DNA of 64,000 bases. Source: Antedon mediterranea (Eukaryota; Animalia; Echinodermata). The stretch's first letter is position 1. Each line of letters begins with the position of its first letter. The notes beneath the pieces are model-generated. The model saw only the letters and a program-made list of their open reading frames with translations, was not told where the DNA came from and did not search any database. Made by a program: the position numbers and the translations under genes. Below are positions 24,401 to 34,178 of this stretch, in pieces. The stretch lies in the NCBI RefSeq assembly GCF_964355755.1, contig NC_092679.1, positions 20,009,432 to 20,073,431 of the forward strand, in the 5' to 3' direction.

Positions 24401-25366
24401 GTTACTCTGGCCCCTATAGTTAACGGTGACTTTAATTTCTCCTGCTATATCGAGCTTAGTACCTGTGTATGCGTGAAGTGTACGTTTTACTGACTTTAAT
24501 GGTAGATGGCTAAGCTTGCTTTCGTAATCGTCAAAACTAATTATCGATACTGCTGCGCCCGTATCTACTTCAAAATCAATATCTATATCATCAACTCGCA
24601 TCTGTACCGTTATTGGTGGTACCGAATTGTCCTGCTTAATGCCTACGCAAAACATTGTATCTACAAAATCGTCATTACCTTCTTCGTAATCCGGTGCTTC
24701 TACTTGCTTGATGGATTTAGGTTTATATTGTTTTGTTGATTTACTCGACTGCCTGCATTCTGATTTTAGGTGTCCTTGTTTGTTGCATTTAAAGCATGTA
24801 GCGTTTTTGTATTTACACGTATCTCTTGTATGATTGTTCATACCACAGCGGTCACATTTCTGCGTTCGTGTTTGTTTTGACGCTTGATACGTTTTCGTAG
24901 ACTTCCTGCTGTTAGACGTAACGTGGTTGATTGGCTTGTCCACATCGTGCGACATACTTTTCATATTCGCTGTTGCTGCCTCCGAGGCTATGGCTATGTC
25001 TGTTGCTTCCTTGAACGTATGGTTCTTTGTCAATAATTTCTTTTGGATGCTCTGACTTATTAGTTGTTTTACATTTCTGAATATAAATCGTTCAGAAATC
25101 GTTATTCGAGTAGGTTTGTAATGCTCTTTGAGCTTGGTTGTGAGCGTATCGTACGATTTTGTACTTGGTTTATCAGGAAAACACAAATCTCGTATCGTTG
25201 TGTATCCAGTCTCTCCTAAACTACTCAATAATATCGCTCTTTTCTTACCTCCGTCATTGATATCTAATGCCACAAAATATTGTTCCAGCCTGTCCACATA
25301 CGTATCTATGTCTCCATCCTGGACGTTGAATTCCTCGAATAGAATTCTGGTATTAGCCGCTGCCAT
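21494..25366 (-). CDS. Gag-Pol polyprotein (1290 aa): gag with two CCHC zinc knuckles, aspartic protease, reverse transcriptase, RNase H, integrase
   Basis: Knuckles CDRCGMNNHTRDTC and CFKCNKQGHLKSEC. Protease VDTGA. RT WATPLVCIPK/RVCGDYK/YTRLPFG/IMDD. RNase H TDAS, DKEAL, TDHKPL, ADALSR. Integrase H-x2-H...CQAC with IHID/SDNGPQF/NGAAER (DDE). Basic tail RRSTRLRRKP. Confidence 0.97.
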   Translation of the reverse strand: MAAANTRILFEEFNVQDGDIDTYVDRLEQYFVALDINDGGKKRAILLSSLGETGYTTIRDLCFPDKPSTKSYDTLTTKLKEHYKPTRITISERFIFRNVKQLISQSIQKKLLTKNHTFKEATDIAIASEAATANMKSMSHDVDKPINHVTSNSRKSTKTYQASKQTRTQKCDRCGMNNHTRDTCKYKNATCFKCNKQGHLKSECRQSSKSTKQYKPKSIKQVEAPDYEEGNDDFVDTMFCVGIKQDNSVPPITVQMRVDDIDIDFEVDTGAAVSIISFDDYESKLSHLPLKSVKRTLHAYTGTKLDIAGEIKVTVNYRGQSNVLPLIVVRTQRRNSPPLLGRTWLEVIKLDWKSLFPPSLAQNSVEIDNDVGQSFKRKFPEVFRTELGTVQGHKATLHLKVNAIPKFCKARNVPFALRSAVEVELDRMQNEGVIYPVDFSQWATPLVCIPKADGRVRVCGDYKVTVNPSLNCDQYPIPTPEEVFTKLGGGKRFSKIDLKCAYQQLVLEDEAQELVTINTHRGLYRYTRLPFGISSSPAIWQRFIEQVIAGLKGTCAIMDDVLVTGASDKEHISNLEKLFERFNKYGLRVKAEKCAFVQKEVVYMGRKLSAAGIQPTNDKVKAIKDARAPQNATELRSWLGLVNYHASFIPRLSTMIHPLNELLGSKPWSWTVDCSKAFNTVKRIISEDMMLTHYDPLKPLELYTDASPYGVGAVICHVNKNNIKTPIAYASRSLHKHEKGYAQLDKEALSIMFGLQRFRTYLYGRKFTIRTDHKPLERILGPKSAIPTLAAQRLQRWAIVLSAFEYDLKFIPGKQNVIADALSRLPMPYEGREDDAVYNIAGHTLDNLPVTSTNVQQHTRKDPLLSKVLYMVQTGLWQSENDDDLKPFLHRRDELSVEQDCLLWGYRVVIPPKLRGAVLEELHCAHPGIVRMKEIARSHVWWPQIDSDIERLVKQCQACHQTQSRPSVAPMMPWIWPNQPWTRIHIDYAQKDKRDYLVVVDSYSKWPEVVQMNSTTSAATIKAMRELFSRYGLPVQLVSDNGPQFVSDEFEFFLKQNGVKHVKVAPYHAASNGAAERMVQSFKRSLAASRANGKDFQQCLDRFLLSYRTTKHATTGQTPAKLFMGRELRTRVSLLHPSTENKVLNKQSDQKLHHDKTKDLREFYPGEMVLVKDFRQEGKWWPGTVIERTAPKSYVISVEDGRVWKRHIDQLKATDADAYASKTPTSHSELEHKIKQTVPITIASETIANKEQTSTNQPVEEEHRLSSSPEVIPRRSTRLRRKPTRLIEEI

Positions 25367-25532
25367 TACCGCGCTTCGCTTTGTACGTTCAGGGCGCTCA
25401 GAATCGTTATTAGCCTGTGCGGTTCCTTGGTTACGGTTGCCGTTGTTGGAAAATCAAAAAACTGCTAGCCTAGCTAGGCCTAGTTTTATAATATTATTAT
25501 ACTTCCGTTTCTCTCTATGTAAATGTGCCTGT

Positions 25533-25545
25533 ATCCTCGTCGCCA
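25533..25545 (-). promoter_or_regulatory. Primer-binding site, complementary to the tRNA-Ser(GCT) 3' end
   Basis: TGGCGACGAGGAT lies 1 nt inside the 5' LTR and matches the ...AUCCUCGUCGCCA end of animal tRNA-Ser(GCT). Confidence 0.9.
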
Positions 25546-25546
25546 G

Positions 25547-25721
25547 TGTCGTGTATCGTCGTAGACAAATTAATAAGTACGTTGAGATGAGTATAATAAT
25601 GAACGTATTTAATGAAACCAACTAGTAGTCATGAACAATAGTATAGAACGTTTTGTAGGCTAAACCTCGTCAGAGCATATACGCAGTACGCATATATATA
25701 TGTGCGCGTGCATATACTACA
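25547..25721 (-). repeat. 5' LTR (175 bp)
   Basis: Identical by eye to 21076-21250. Followed on the minus strand by the PBS. Confidence 0.97.
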
Positions 25722-26109
25722 GTATCTATCCTAGCAGGTTTCCGTTCAACCCGCCGCCCCCTCCACTCCGCTCCGCATTTTTTGTGGTGTAAGTAGGCCT
25801 ATCACAGATTCTTTGTTTTTCCACTTATCGTTTACAACTTAGCATTACCACTTCTCTGTGTAGATTGGCCTAGGTTAAGAAGATTTTTCTACAATTACAA
25901 AGTGTTGGTTCAAATCATACAAATGGCTTATTCAAATTTAAAAAAGTTTGCGAATTTAAAATGAGAAGCATTTTGGTTCTCTGTATGTGTGGGGTGTATG
26001 TCTTGGCTCATGTCCAGGCATTAAAGATGCGATTTTAATGCTTTCTTAAACTAAGTTTGCACAATGATGGATCTTTTTAGCTATGCAGTAGCTTATGAAA
26101 ATCTTATAT

Positions 26110-26251
26110 TCTACACTATCAAACTAGTTTGACAAAAAAAAGTGTGATGTGCCCAAATATGGTAGTGATATGCCCAAATGACATCATCATGTCCATATAT
26201 GGGCACATCACATTTTTTTGTCTAATAAATTTTGACAGTGTAGAGAGAGAT
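26110..26251. mobile_element. MITE-A
   Basis: Family match. Confidence 0.88.
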
Positions 26252-26640
26252 TAAGACTATGCAATATTTTAAAGATGTTTTTAATTAAATTTTCAAGACA
26301 AATACATTGATTTGGAAAATGAAGCACAAATGAGTTCCAGGAAGCGTTTAACAGACAATGTTTGAAATCACAACAAAACTTTTTGCACGTCCGATAGAAG
26401 TTCATGGAAACGCCAAAACTAGAAACTTGATTGAAGGACTTCCAATTACCAGCTACAATCACTTTATGTTAAAATTAATGTATTAAATAACATCATTAAG
26501 TTGAACTTGTACAAAATATCTACCTGTGGGCTTGTTGTAAGTACAAGCAATTTGAAATTTGATGAGAATGTGTAATTCAATCATGTTAAATGATTATTTA
26601 TAACAGAATGTACTTTACAATAGTTTTTTTCAAAGAAATA

Positions 26641-26722
26641 AGCTCCTTTTACACTATCAAACTAGTTTGACAAAAAAAGTTTTATTTTTTTGTCACATAA
26701 ATTTGATAGTGTAGACAGAGCT
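26641..26722. mobile_element. MITE-A, internally deleted
   Basis: Both ends joined with the central part missing. Confidence 0.82.
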
Positions 26723-27025
26723 TAAAGTGCGTTTTTAAGATTGGAGGAGGAGGAAGAGTTGTTTTACTTTTTAGAGGGGAATAATTAAAAGGGACTTGTT
26801 TGGTATAGTTTCTTTATATCAATATTGGAAATTGGTAGTAACTTGCATATCATGTATATCAATAAATATTATTATATTATTATTATATGCATCCATTTTG
26901 TAAATTAGTTGGCCAATGACAGAAAAGAACGAAATACATCATCAATATACAGCTAGTACTCAGATTTTTTTTATTACTTTTTCCAGATCCATGGAGTAAC
27001 CGCTTCTTTATTGCTTACTTAAAAA

Positions 27026-27212
27026 ATTCTACTGCAGTTACTGCAGTAACTACATTCCACTGACTCTAAGTCTATAACTTATACAATTATTAAGCAGGTT
27101 TTTTTGGGTAATGACGTTTGTTTCAGTGATTGGATCATAAACTTCTATATTAAAACAAATTACACATTATTGCAGTAAATAAATGTAGCTACTGCAGTAA
27201 CTTCAGTAGAAT
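27026..27212. mobile_element. Foldback or MITE core with ~31-bp inverted repeats
   Basis: ATTCTACTGCAGTTACTGCAGTAACTACATT vs AATGTAGCTACTGCAGTAACTTCAGTAGAAT. Confidence 0.6.
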
Positions 27213-28294
27213 AATTGGAGTGGAATTCGTAACAAGTAACCTATTTAATGTTCACTACTTTATACCTGAACGTCTGAAATTTCAACATAACACATAAATA
27301 ACAATTAAGTATAGATTGAAGTTGAGAAGGAAGACTTTAAACAATAAATCAAATGGATTGAGAGCTATTTAAGAAAAAGCTTTTTAACTAACCGTGACAG
27401 TACTAAAGCGTATACAATGTATCAATGATCGTAAATATGCTGAATTTGTATAAAAAATGAGTTTAAGAGCAAATTAACAAGTCTAAGCTCGAGAAGAAAT
27501 GTCAAGTGTCCGATGAGGAAACAAAGTTCAATTATAAGGAAACAAAATCGACTCCAAGAGAGTTGTCGCCAACTAAGAATATCTCAGCATGAAAGAACTC
27601 TGTGATGGCCTGGCAATGCCTTCAGGGGACATCCCTAACAATGGAAAACGTGAACCAGAGGTGTTGTCCACTTCTGATAAGCAATACAGGAGTGCCTGAA
27701 AAAGTCGCCTGAAATGACTATCTGTTATTCCGAACAATGATAATATTAACAGCTTTGCGTTCTGATATGTTTTAAACAATCATAATACTAGCAGCTGGAA
27801 TTAAATTGCGGTGTCCGCAGACGCAGAATGCCTTGAAGCGTGTTAAAACGATAACAGTTCACCTTGGAAGCCTCGACAGTATCACGATCAAAATAGAAAC
27901 AAAATGAAATTCAACCAAGGTGCATGCACGTCAATCATGTTGACGAAATTCAACATAAAAAATGCTTTAAAAAATATATTTTCTATAAATTTGTGTTGTT
28001 TGTTGTTTGTATTCTTTGTGTAAACCATATCAAAAATAGATTTCCAATTTTGCTATGTTGCGGCTACTAGTATCGGTAGCCTTAGTAACGCGAGTGACAT
28101 GTTGATTGGCTGTCATCACTCATCATAAATTTGTGTTTGCATCAACACAACATTGCCTTAAGTAATTAATTAAACATTCAATCCATAAAAGTACATATTA
28201 ATTTAAGCTGTTACAAAATCAATCTGAATATATTTAATAGATTTTTAGTTGAAAACATATATTCAAAGTAGTATGCAAGTTATGTTTTTAATAG

Positions 28295-28609
28295 ACACTA
28301 TCAAACTAGTTTGACAAAAAAAGTGTGATGTGCCCAAATATGGTAGTGATATGCTCAAATATGGTAGTGACATGACATCATCATGTCCATGGGCACATCA
28401 CATGTTACAAATGTATTTTTTTCTTTTGTTTATGGGTCTTGCGTGACAAGTATTCTCTTCTTGCAAGATCCTCTATTAATGGTATTTTTTGTATTTTCTC
28501 ATTATAAATTATCATTCTTTTTTATTGTATTGTTATACCATTGATAGAAACTAATAAATGTTGAATTATAATGGTGAATTACATAAAGTTTGATAGTGTG
28601 GACAGGGCT
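28295..28609. mobile_element. MITE-A interrupted by a retroposon tail
   Basis: Left part 28295-28406, right TIR resumes at 28581-28609. Confidence 0.85.
28407..28570 (+). mobile_element. Retroposon 3'-tail fragment nested in a MITE-A copy
   Basis: Splits MITE-A 28295-28609, ends ...GAAACTAATAAATGTTGAATTA, matches 9990-10150. Confidence 0.7.
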
Positions 28610-29991
28610 TTATTGGATAAGAATTTTGATATGACTAAAAAATATAGTAAAGTTATCAATCTGCTATTTCCTTTTCAACTAGGAAGGAAGTTATTCATAC
28701 TTGTGTATGGTATCAAATAAAGAAATCCCTGGATGCTATAATACATTGCCCTGGATGAATCCTTGCACTGGTCAAGATTATATGGGTGAATCTTAACATT
28801 GTTCAAATCAGAGACCATGCTGTTAGTGATGAAGATTAAATTATCCTAATGGTCTTTGGCAATTTCAATGAAGATCTTGACCACTATAATTGCTTGTTTT
28901 CTGATTTGACCAGTGGAAGGATTCAACAAACAGTTAATGGTCAAGATCTTTAAAATTGAGTTTTTTAAATGGGACATTGAAGGAGGGCGTACGGCTGGGG
29001 CAAGGATGGGGTGGTATTTAAAGCTATTGGTTTACAATGTTATTTAAAGAATTAAAAGTATTATAGACATTGTTAACGAAATCAATAATGGTTCTGGTAT
29101 TAATTTATAAAAAGAACTACTAAAATCGGACAAGATTTGAACCCATAATCTTATGATATGAAGCAGAGTGTTTTACCATAGTCAGGGAATAATTTCGCCA
29201 GTGTAGCATAGCAAAAAGCTATACAAAACAAAAATATTGCAAAAAATACAATACAAAACTATGTTTCTTGACTCAAAAATCAGTTTGATTAGCAATTTTG
29301 CTAAACAAAATTACAAAATGAAATTTTTTTCTGATAGTACCATCAAAGATACAGTATGTAATAAAAATGTTGTTGTACTGTATATAGGGTTGTATACAAA
29401 AAAAGATATTTACATACTGAATTTCTAATTACTATTACAGATTAGTTAAATGTGCAATACCGTAATTAAACAACAACATGTTCTGATCTATATCAACAAT
29501 ATACTGGTATACACACGTAAATTACTAAAGAAGGGATTTGTAATTCCTGTTATAAGTATTATAGATATTATTAGTAATCATTATAGCAATACTTAACAGT
29601 AGGCCTACGCAGGCGACAAATCCACTATTGTTTTCTTCGTCACGTTCTATGTAAAACTAATCTATCATTAAAGGTCAAAGAGTATATAAATAGTTATTAA
29701 TATTTATATTCTATTCTTAAAATAATACTCCAATATATACAGTGGTAAGACACATTCAGTATCTACCAATATGTCCTCTTTTAGGGATGTGTCCACATAA
29801 CAGTGTTGGCCTGTGGGCTACATAGTGTATATGAGCCCTTGTTCTTCTCATGGGAAATTGTCCCCTTATAGGGATGTTCCCTGAAAAGAGACGTTATGTA
29901 TATTTTCATTTGTGCTCTCCCTGTTTGACAGCTGAAATGAAATTATGAAATAAACTTTTTTGATATCTACTATCTAGCTATATCTATCTAT

Positions 29992-30451
29992 TAAAGTATG
30001 TAATGGTTCTGAGACATCTCGTAGAATTATAGAAGAAAGAATAATTGTAAAGCTTGGCACTCTTGCCCCTACCGGCATAAATGTACAATTTAGATCCTTT
30101 AAACATTAATTTTGCCAGAGACATTCACATATTAACAATTATTTACACTTGAACCTTTATCTTTGTTTTAAATTTCCTGCTTTATAAGCAACCATTCCTG
30201 CTTTGTACACCATAGCTTTTGGAGGCGTGCCTTTATAACTATGCCTTTTGTTTGTTAACATCTTTGATTGGCTGATTTGTTTTATTATGTAATTTTGTGA
30301 CTTATATATGTTATCCTTTGTTACAATTCTTTTCACCTGATGATGGGCTATGCCCGAAACATGTCGTTAAAATAAATCTATATTGAGGCAGTTTTAACTT
30401 ATTTGATCTTGATTTTTTTTCTATATCCTGCCTATGCAGCTCTTTGATTTA
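29992..30451 (+). mobile_element. 5'-truncated Penelope-like element (Neptune-type): GIY-YIG C-terminus plus pseudo-LTR with hammerhead
   Basis: 29990-30109 translates to IKVCNGSETSRRIIEERIIVKLGTLAPTGINVQFRSFKH*, matching the R..E..I..LGTL.P.G.N end of PLE endonucleases. Hammerhead core at 30337. Flanked by TATATCTATCTAT at 29979-29991 and 30452-30464. Confidence 0.88.
30330..30372 (+). ncRNA. Minimal type I hammerhead ribozyme motif
   Basis: TTTTCAC-CTGATGA-T-GGGC TAT GCCC-GAAAC AT GTC^GTTAAAA. Stem I pairs 6 of 7, stem III is the palindrome ACATGT, predicted cleavage after 30365. Confidence 0.85.
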
Positions 30452-30500
30452 TATATCTATCTATATCTGTCTGTCTGTCTATATCTTCGGCTGGATGGAC

Positions 30501-30528
30501 CATGGATGTATATTTTATACCTCCCATG
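30501..30528. mobile_element. 28-bp P-like micro-element (TIRs only)
   Basis: CATGGATGTATA...TATACCTCCCATG flanked by the 7-bp direct repeat GATGGAC. Confidence 0.65.
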
Positions 30529-31254
30529 GATGGACCACTCTTGTAAAATATTCTTGAAATAAATAAAATAAAATAAATACTTAATTAATGTTTTAATGAA
30601 CCTTATTTTTGTAAATTTGATCAAATATATGATTTAATTGTGAAAGTTTTATTTGTTTTACTATATTTCTGTCGAGGAAAAAAATGTTTCCATGTACACC
30701 TTTTTATATATGGAATAAAGATTTTTATTTGACTTGATTTACTTAGGCCTACTGTTTACAATACTCCATTTACTGTACAAACCCTATGTATCTACTTAAT
30801 GTTTATGATTTTCTTCATTTTTTTTTATTGTATTGCAATTTAAAAATACCTTTTTATTTGTTTTTAATTACAATTGTCATACTATCCTTGGCAGTCTGTT
30901 AACTGTACCTGAAATTACTGCATCATTCAAATTGACAATGTTAAAACACTCAAAACAAAACACATGTATAATCCTACAAGGCTGTTTCGCCATTTTACTA
31001 CATAAGTTTATATATAACAATACAAAAAATCCAAAAGGCTGGTTAAACCAGGGCCATTGATCGGTAACGGACCTGGTTAAAATTGTACCAATCAATGCAA
31101 TTAGTGTTTAGTGGGAAAATTGAACCAATCAATACTAAAGATATAGAAATACAGTAAATTCCCATACTGTTCAACATACAAGTGATTATTACTAGTTATA
31201 AATAAAGGCACATTAACAATAGAAATATATAATTGTTGAAAAGACAATTTTCTG

Positions 31255-31605
31255 AAGGTTATTACCCATAGATATTATTGTATTTCTAATACAATATAAT
31301 AATTATATTAGAAGTAATTTAGTTTCTTCATATAGAAGATAAACGCTAATCTTTGTGTGATCATTTTCTCTTTTTACAACAATGAACAACAAAAGTTTGT
31401 TTTGAACTTGTCATAATGTTGAAGAGATATAACTTTTTGGAGGTTATTACCCATTGAATTGATTGTATTTCTAATACAAGAATAATCATATTAGAAATAA
31501 TTTAGTTCCTTTATCGAAGATAAACGCTAATCTGTGTGTGATCTATTTTCTCTTTTGACAACAATGAACAACAAAAGTTTTGAATACGTTTGAACTTGTC
31601 ATAAT
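31255..31605. repeat. Tandem duplication (~185 bp x2)
   Basis: AGGTTATTACCCAT...GAAGATAAACGCTAATCT...GAACTTGTCATAAT occurs twice. Confidence 0.85.
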
Positions 31606-33442
31606 AAAAAAAAAGTTTGGTTTGGGAGGTTTAGCACTTTGTGGTACTTGCTACAATGACTGTTAACAGGTTACTAACCTCAAAATGGTGATGATCGATT
31701 AATGGTTATATTATCTATTTAGATCATCTGTACTGATAAAAAAAGCTTTTCAAAGTTTAGGTTCAAATCTTTTCTAGGTCTTTTAGTTCCATTTCATAGT
31801 CACACCTCGAAATTGGGACAATAGATAGCTATCTACTTTAGTAATAAAAGGATATCTGTATGTAATCATTCATGTCATTTAACTTGAGTGAGAGATAAAC
31901 AGACATTATAATATAGGAATGGGAAGAACTAATAATAGGTGATGTCATCAATTTGGGCATTTTGTACCGTTCTTGTGTTATATTGAAATATATTTTTGCG
32001 CTGCTCATTTAGGCAGTTATATTCAAGAGAACGGACGCATTAGGAAGCAGTTACCACACGGTAGCTTATAGTTTACTACGGCTGAAAAAATGGGTATGAA
32101 ACTCGGACTGGGCATGCGCACACACCAAAGCATGCCTGGGAAAAGAGAGTCTATGAAAACATTTGCTGATAAATATTGAGATGCATGTAGAAAAAAGTTA
32201 TTGAGAGATTGTTGAGGCATTTTTTATAAGAAATATTTCTTTTTTGATTATGAATTTGAAAAATAAGAAAGTATATCATTTCACTCTTCTTCTCTGAAAG
32301 CATTGTATAACATTACAACATTTTTATATAGCCTAATGAGTTAACATAGTGTTAGGAAGTGACCATGGAGCCTTGTTAAAACTCTTTATATATCTTGTAG
32401 TACATTTTTGATTCATTATTGATTATTGTGAATGCTTTAGTAGGATTAACCTTGGAGCTTCTTGTCTTTTTGATCCTACCATTGAACCAAAGGCTCTTGA
32501 CATCTAACAATAGCAAACTACAATCCAGGGATGAAGCTACTTCAATCTACCTTTTGATACAAATAATGAATGTTGGAGAATATTTTCAGGCATACGTCAG
32601 TAGGCAAATTTTAATTTCTGGAATTAATAGTACAGTAGTAGATTAAGTTCAACACTTTTAAATTTTGTTTAGGCTCTTGACCCTCCCGACTTCAAAATCC
32701 TGGATTAAGTCAGACATTAGTTTTGTTAAATTATAAAACACCTACTGTTCAAAAGTGATTTTTCACGCTGCTGCTTTAGCCAGCTACGTACCAAGAGGAC
32801 TACTCATTCAGAAGCTATAAGCAAGCAGCAGTTATAGTTCTAGAGGCTGATGTTTTTGATAATTTGTAAACTTGTTTATCAATAGTAATCCACTACTTCC
32901 ATCTCCCATCAAATCAATGTAGAAGGGGATTCTACAAAAATGTCAATCTCAAATTTTTAATGCTTGTTTTGTCTCTTGATTTGGAGTTCCCGTACTCACA
33001 TCTTATTTATATGATATGATGAATTCTGTATTTGTGCGCATATAATTGTCTTGATTGATCTTACATAAAGATCTGTTTTAATGAGCACTTTGAGCTACCT
33101 TAACTAGGATAATATTCAATTAATCAGTATTAGCCTAAATCAGGCTAGTCTTTATTACCGTCTTACCTATATTTAGGATTGAGAAGAACAGCAACTTCAA
33201 ATATAAATGCACGGTAAAATGTCGATTACTAATACATAAATAATCCATGAACTGGTTTTTAAAATGTTAAAATGTTAATAAACCATCTTTATGTTGGTTA
33301 AGGTTAATTCGTTAATACTTAAGTTAAGTATGGTGATTAATTAATAGTCGCAATAGGACAATGGCAATAACCAGTTATGTTGATAGCATAGTAGTATGCT
33401 GCAACTTCAAACTGGTATTTTATTGGCCGATTGGGGATGTAA

Positions 33443-33765
33443 GGGCTTGTGGCGCAGTGTGTTGGACGTTGGACTACCGATCGTCAGACCTAGGTTCGAA
33501 TCCAACTCTCGCCGCATTGCTTGTATCCGTAGGGAAGATACTTTACTTACGTTGCCTCTCTCCACCCAGGTGTATAAATGGGTACCCAGTTAGATCTAGA
33601 CACAACTTTGCGCTGGTTTACCGGCTGCATTATGGGAGTATGTTTCCATACGTGTTTGATCCCAAAAAATACTGTGGTAATAATGCTTGTAAAGCGCCTT
33701 TGAGCATGATTACTCATGAAAAGGGCGCGATATAAATGTGGTATTATTATTATTATATTATATTA
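33443..33765 (+). mobile_element. tRNA-derived SINE with CORE-like central domain and L2-type 3' tail
   Basis: A box TGGCGCAGTGTG, B box GGTTCGAATCC (33493-33503), central GCCTCTCTCCACCCAGGTGTATAAATGGGTACC, tail GTAAAGCGCCTTTGAG...GGGCGCGATATAAAT then (TAT)n. Confidence 0.88.
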
Positions 33766-33967
33766 CTTGGTACCTCTATACATGGAGGATGACTTTTCTG
33801 TGAATGTGATGAAGTCAACGCTCTAGAGTATTTGTACAATACATCTATGTAGTGAATAGGTACATACAAAGAACCAACAAAATGAATTTCAAATCATTGA
33901 GAGCAAAACATTTCTGATTTGGGAGAGAATCTGGTTTTCAGAGTCTTGTTTGAGTTGATGGTGTCGA

Positions 33968-34178
33968 TTAATATAATACTAATAGTGCCTTGGTAATAAG
34001 GTTAATATAATACTAATAGTGTCTTGGTAATAAGGTTAATATAATACTAATAGTGCCTTGGTAATAAGGTTAATATAATACTAATAGTGCCTTGGTAATA
34101 AGGTTAATATAATACTAATAGTGCCTTGGTAATAAGGTTAATATAATACTAATAGTGCCTTGGTAATAAGGTTAATAT
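33968..34178. repeat. 34-bp minisatellite, 6 near-identical copies
   Basis: Unit TTAATATAATACTAATAGTGCCTTGGTAATAAGG. Confidence 0.95.

Larger units (their letters stand above)
21076..25721 (-). mobile_element. Full-length Ty3/Gypsy LTR retrotransposon, Mag-like clade
   Basis: Two 175-bp direct repeats with TGT...ACA termini. 5-bp TSD GTATC at 21071-21075 and 25722-25726. PBS and PPT present. Single ORF in gag-PR-RT-RH-IN order. Confidence 0.98.

Noticed and set aside
21930-25625. Several plus-strand and alternate-frame ORFs inside the Gypsy element
   Set aside because: They are shadows of the gag-pol frame with no recognisable domains.
33361-33735. 124-aa ORF, or a tRNA gene
   Set aside because: It overlaps a SINE. 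The tRNA-like head lacks a proper acceptor stem and continues into SINE body and tail.
33968-34178. CRISPR-like 34-bp periodicity (also 40420-40950)
   Set aside because: Contiguous tandem units without unique spacers, eukaryotic context, and no cas genes.
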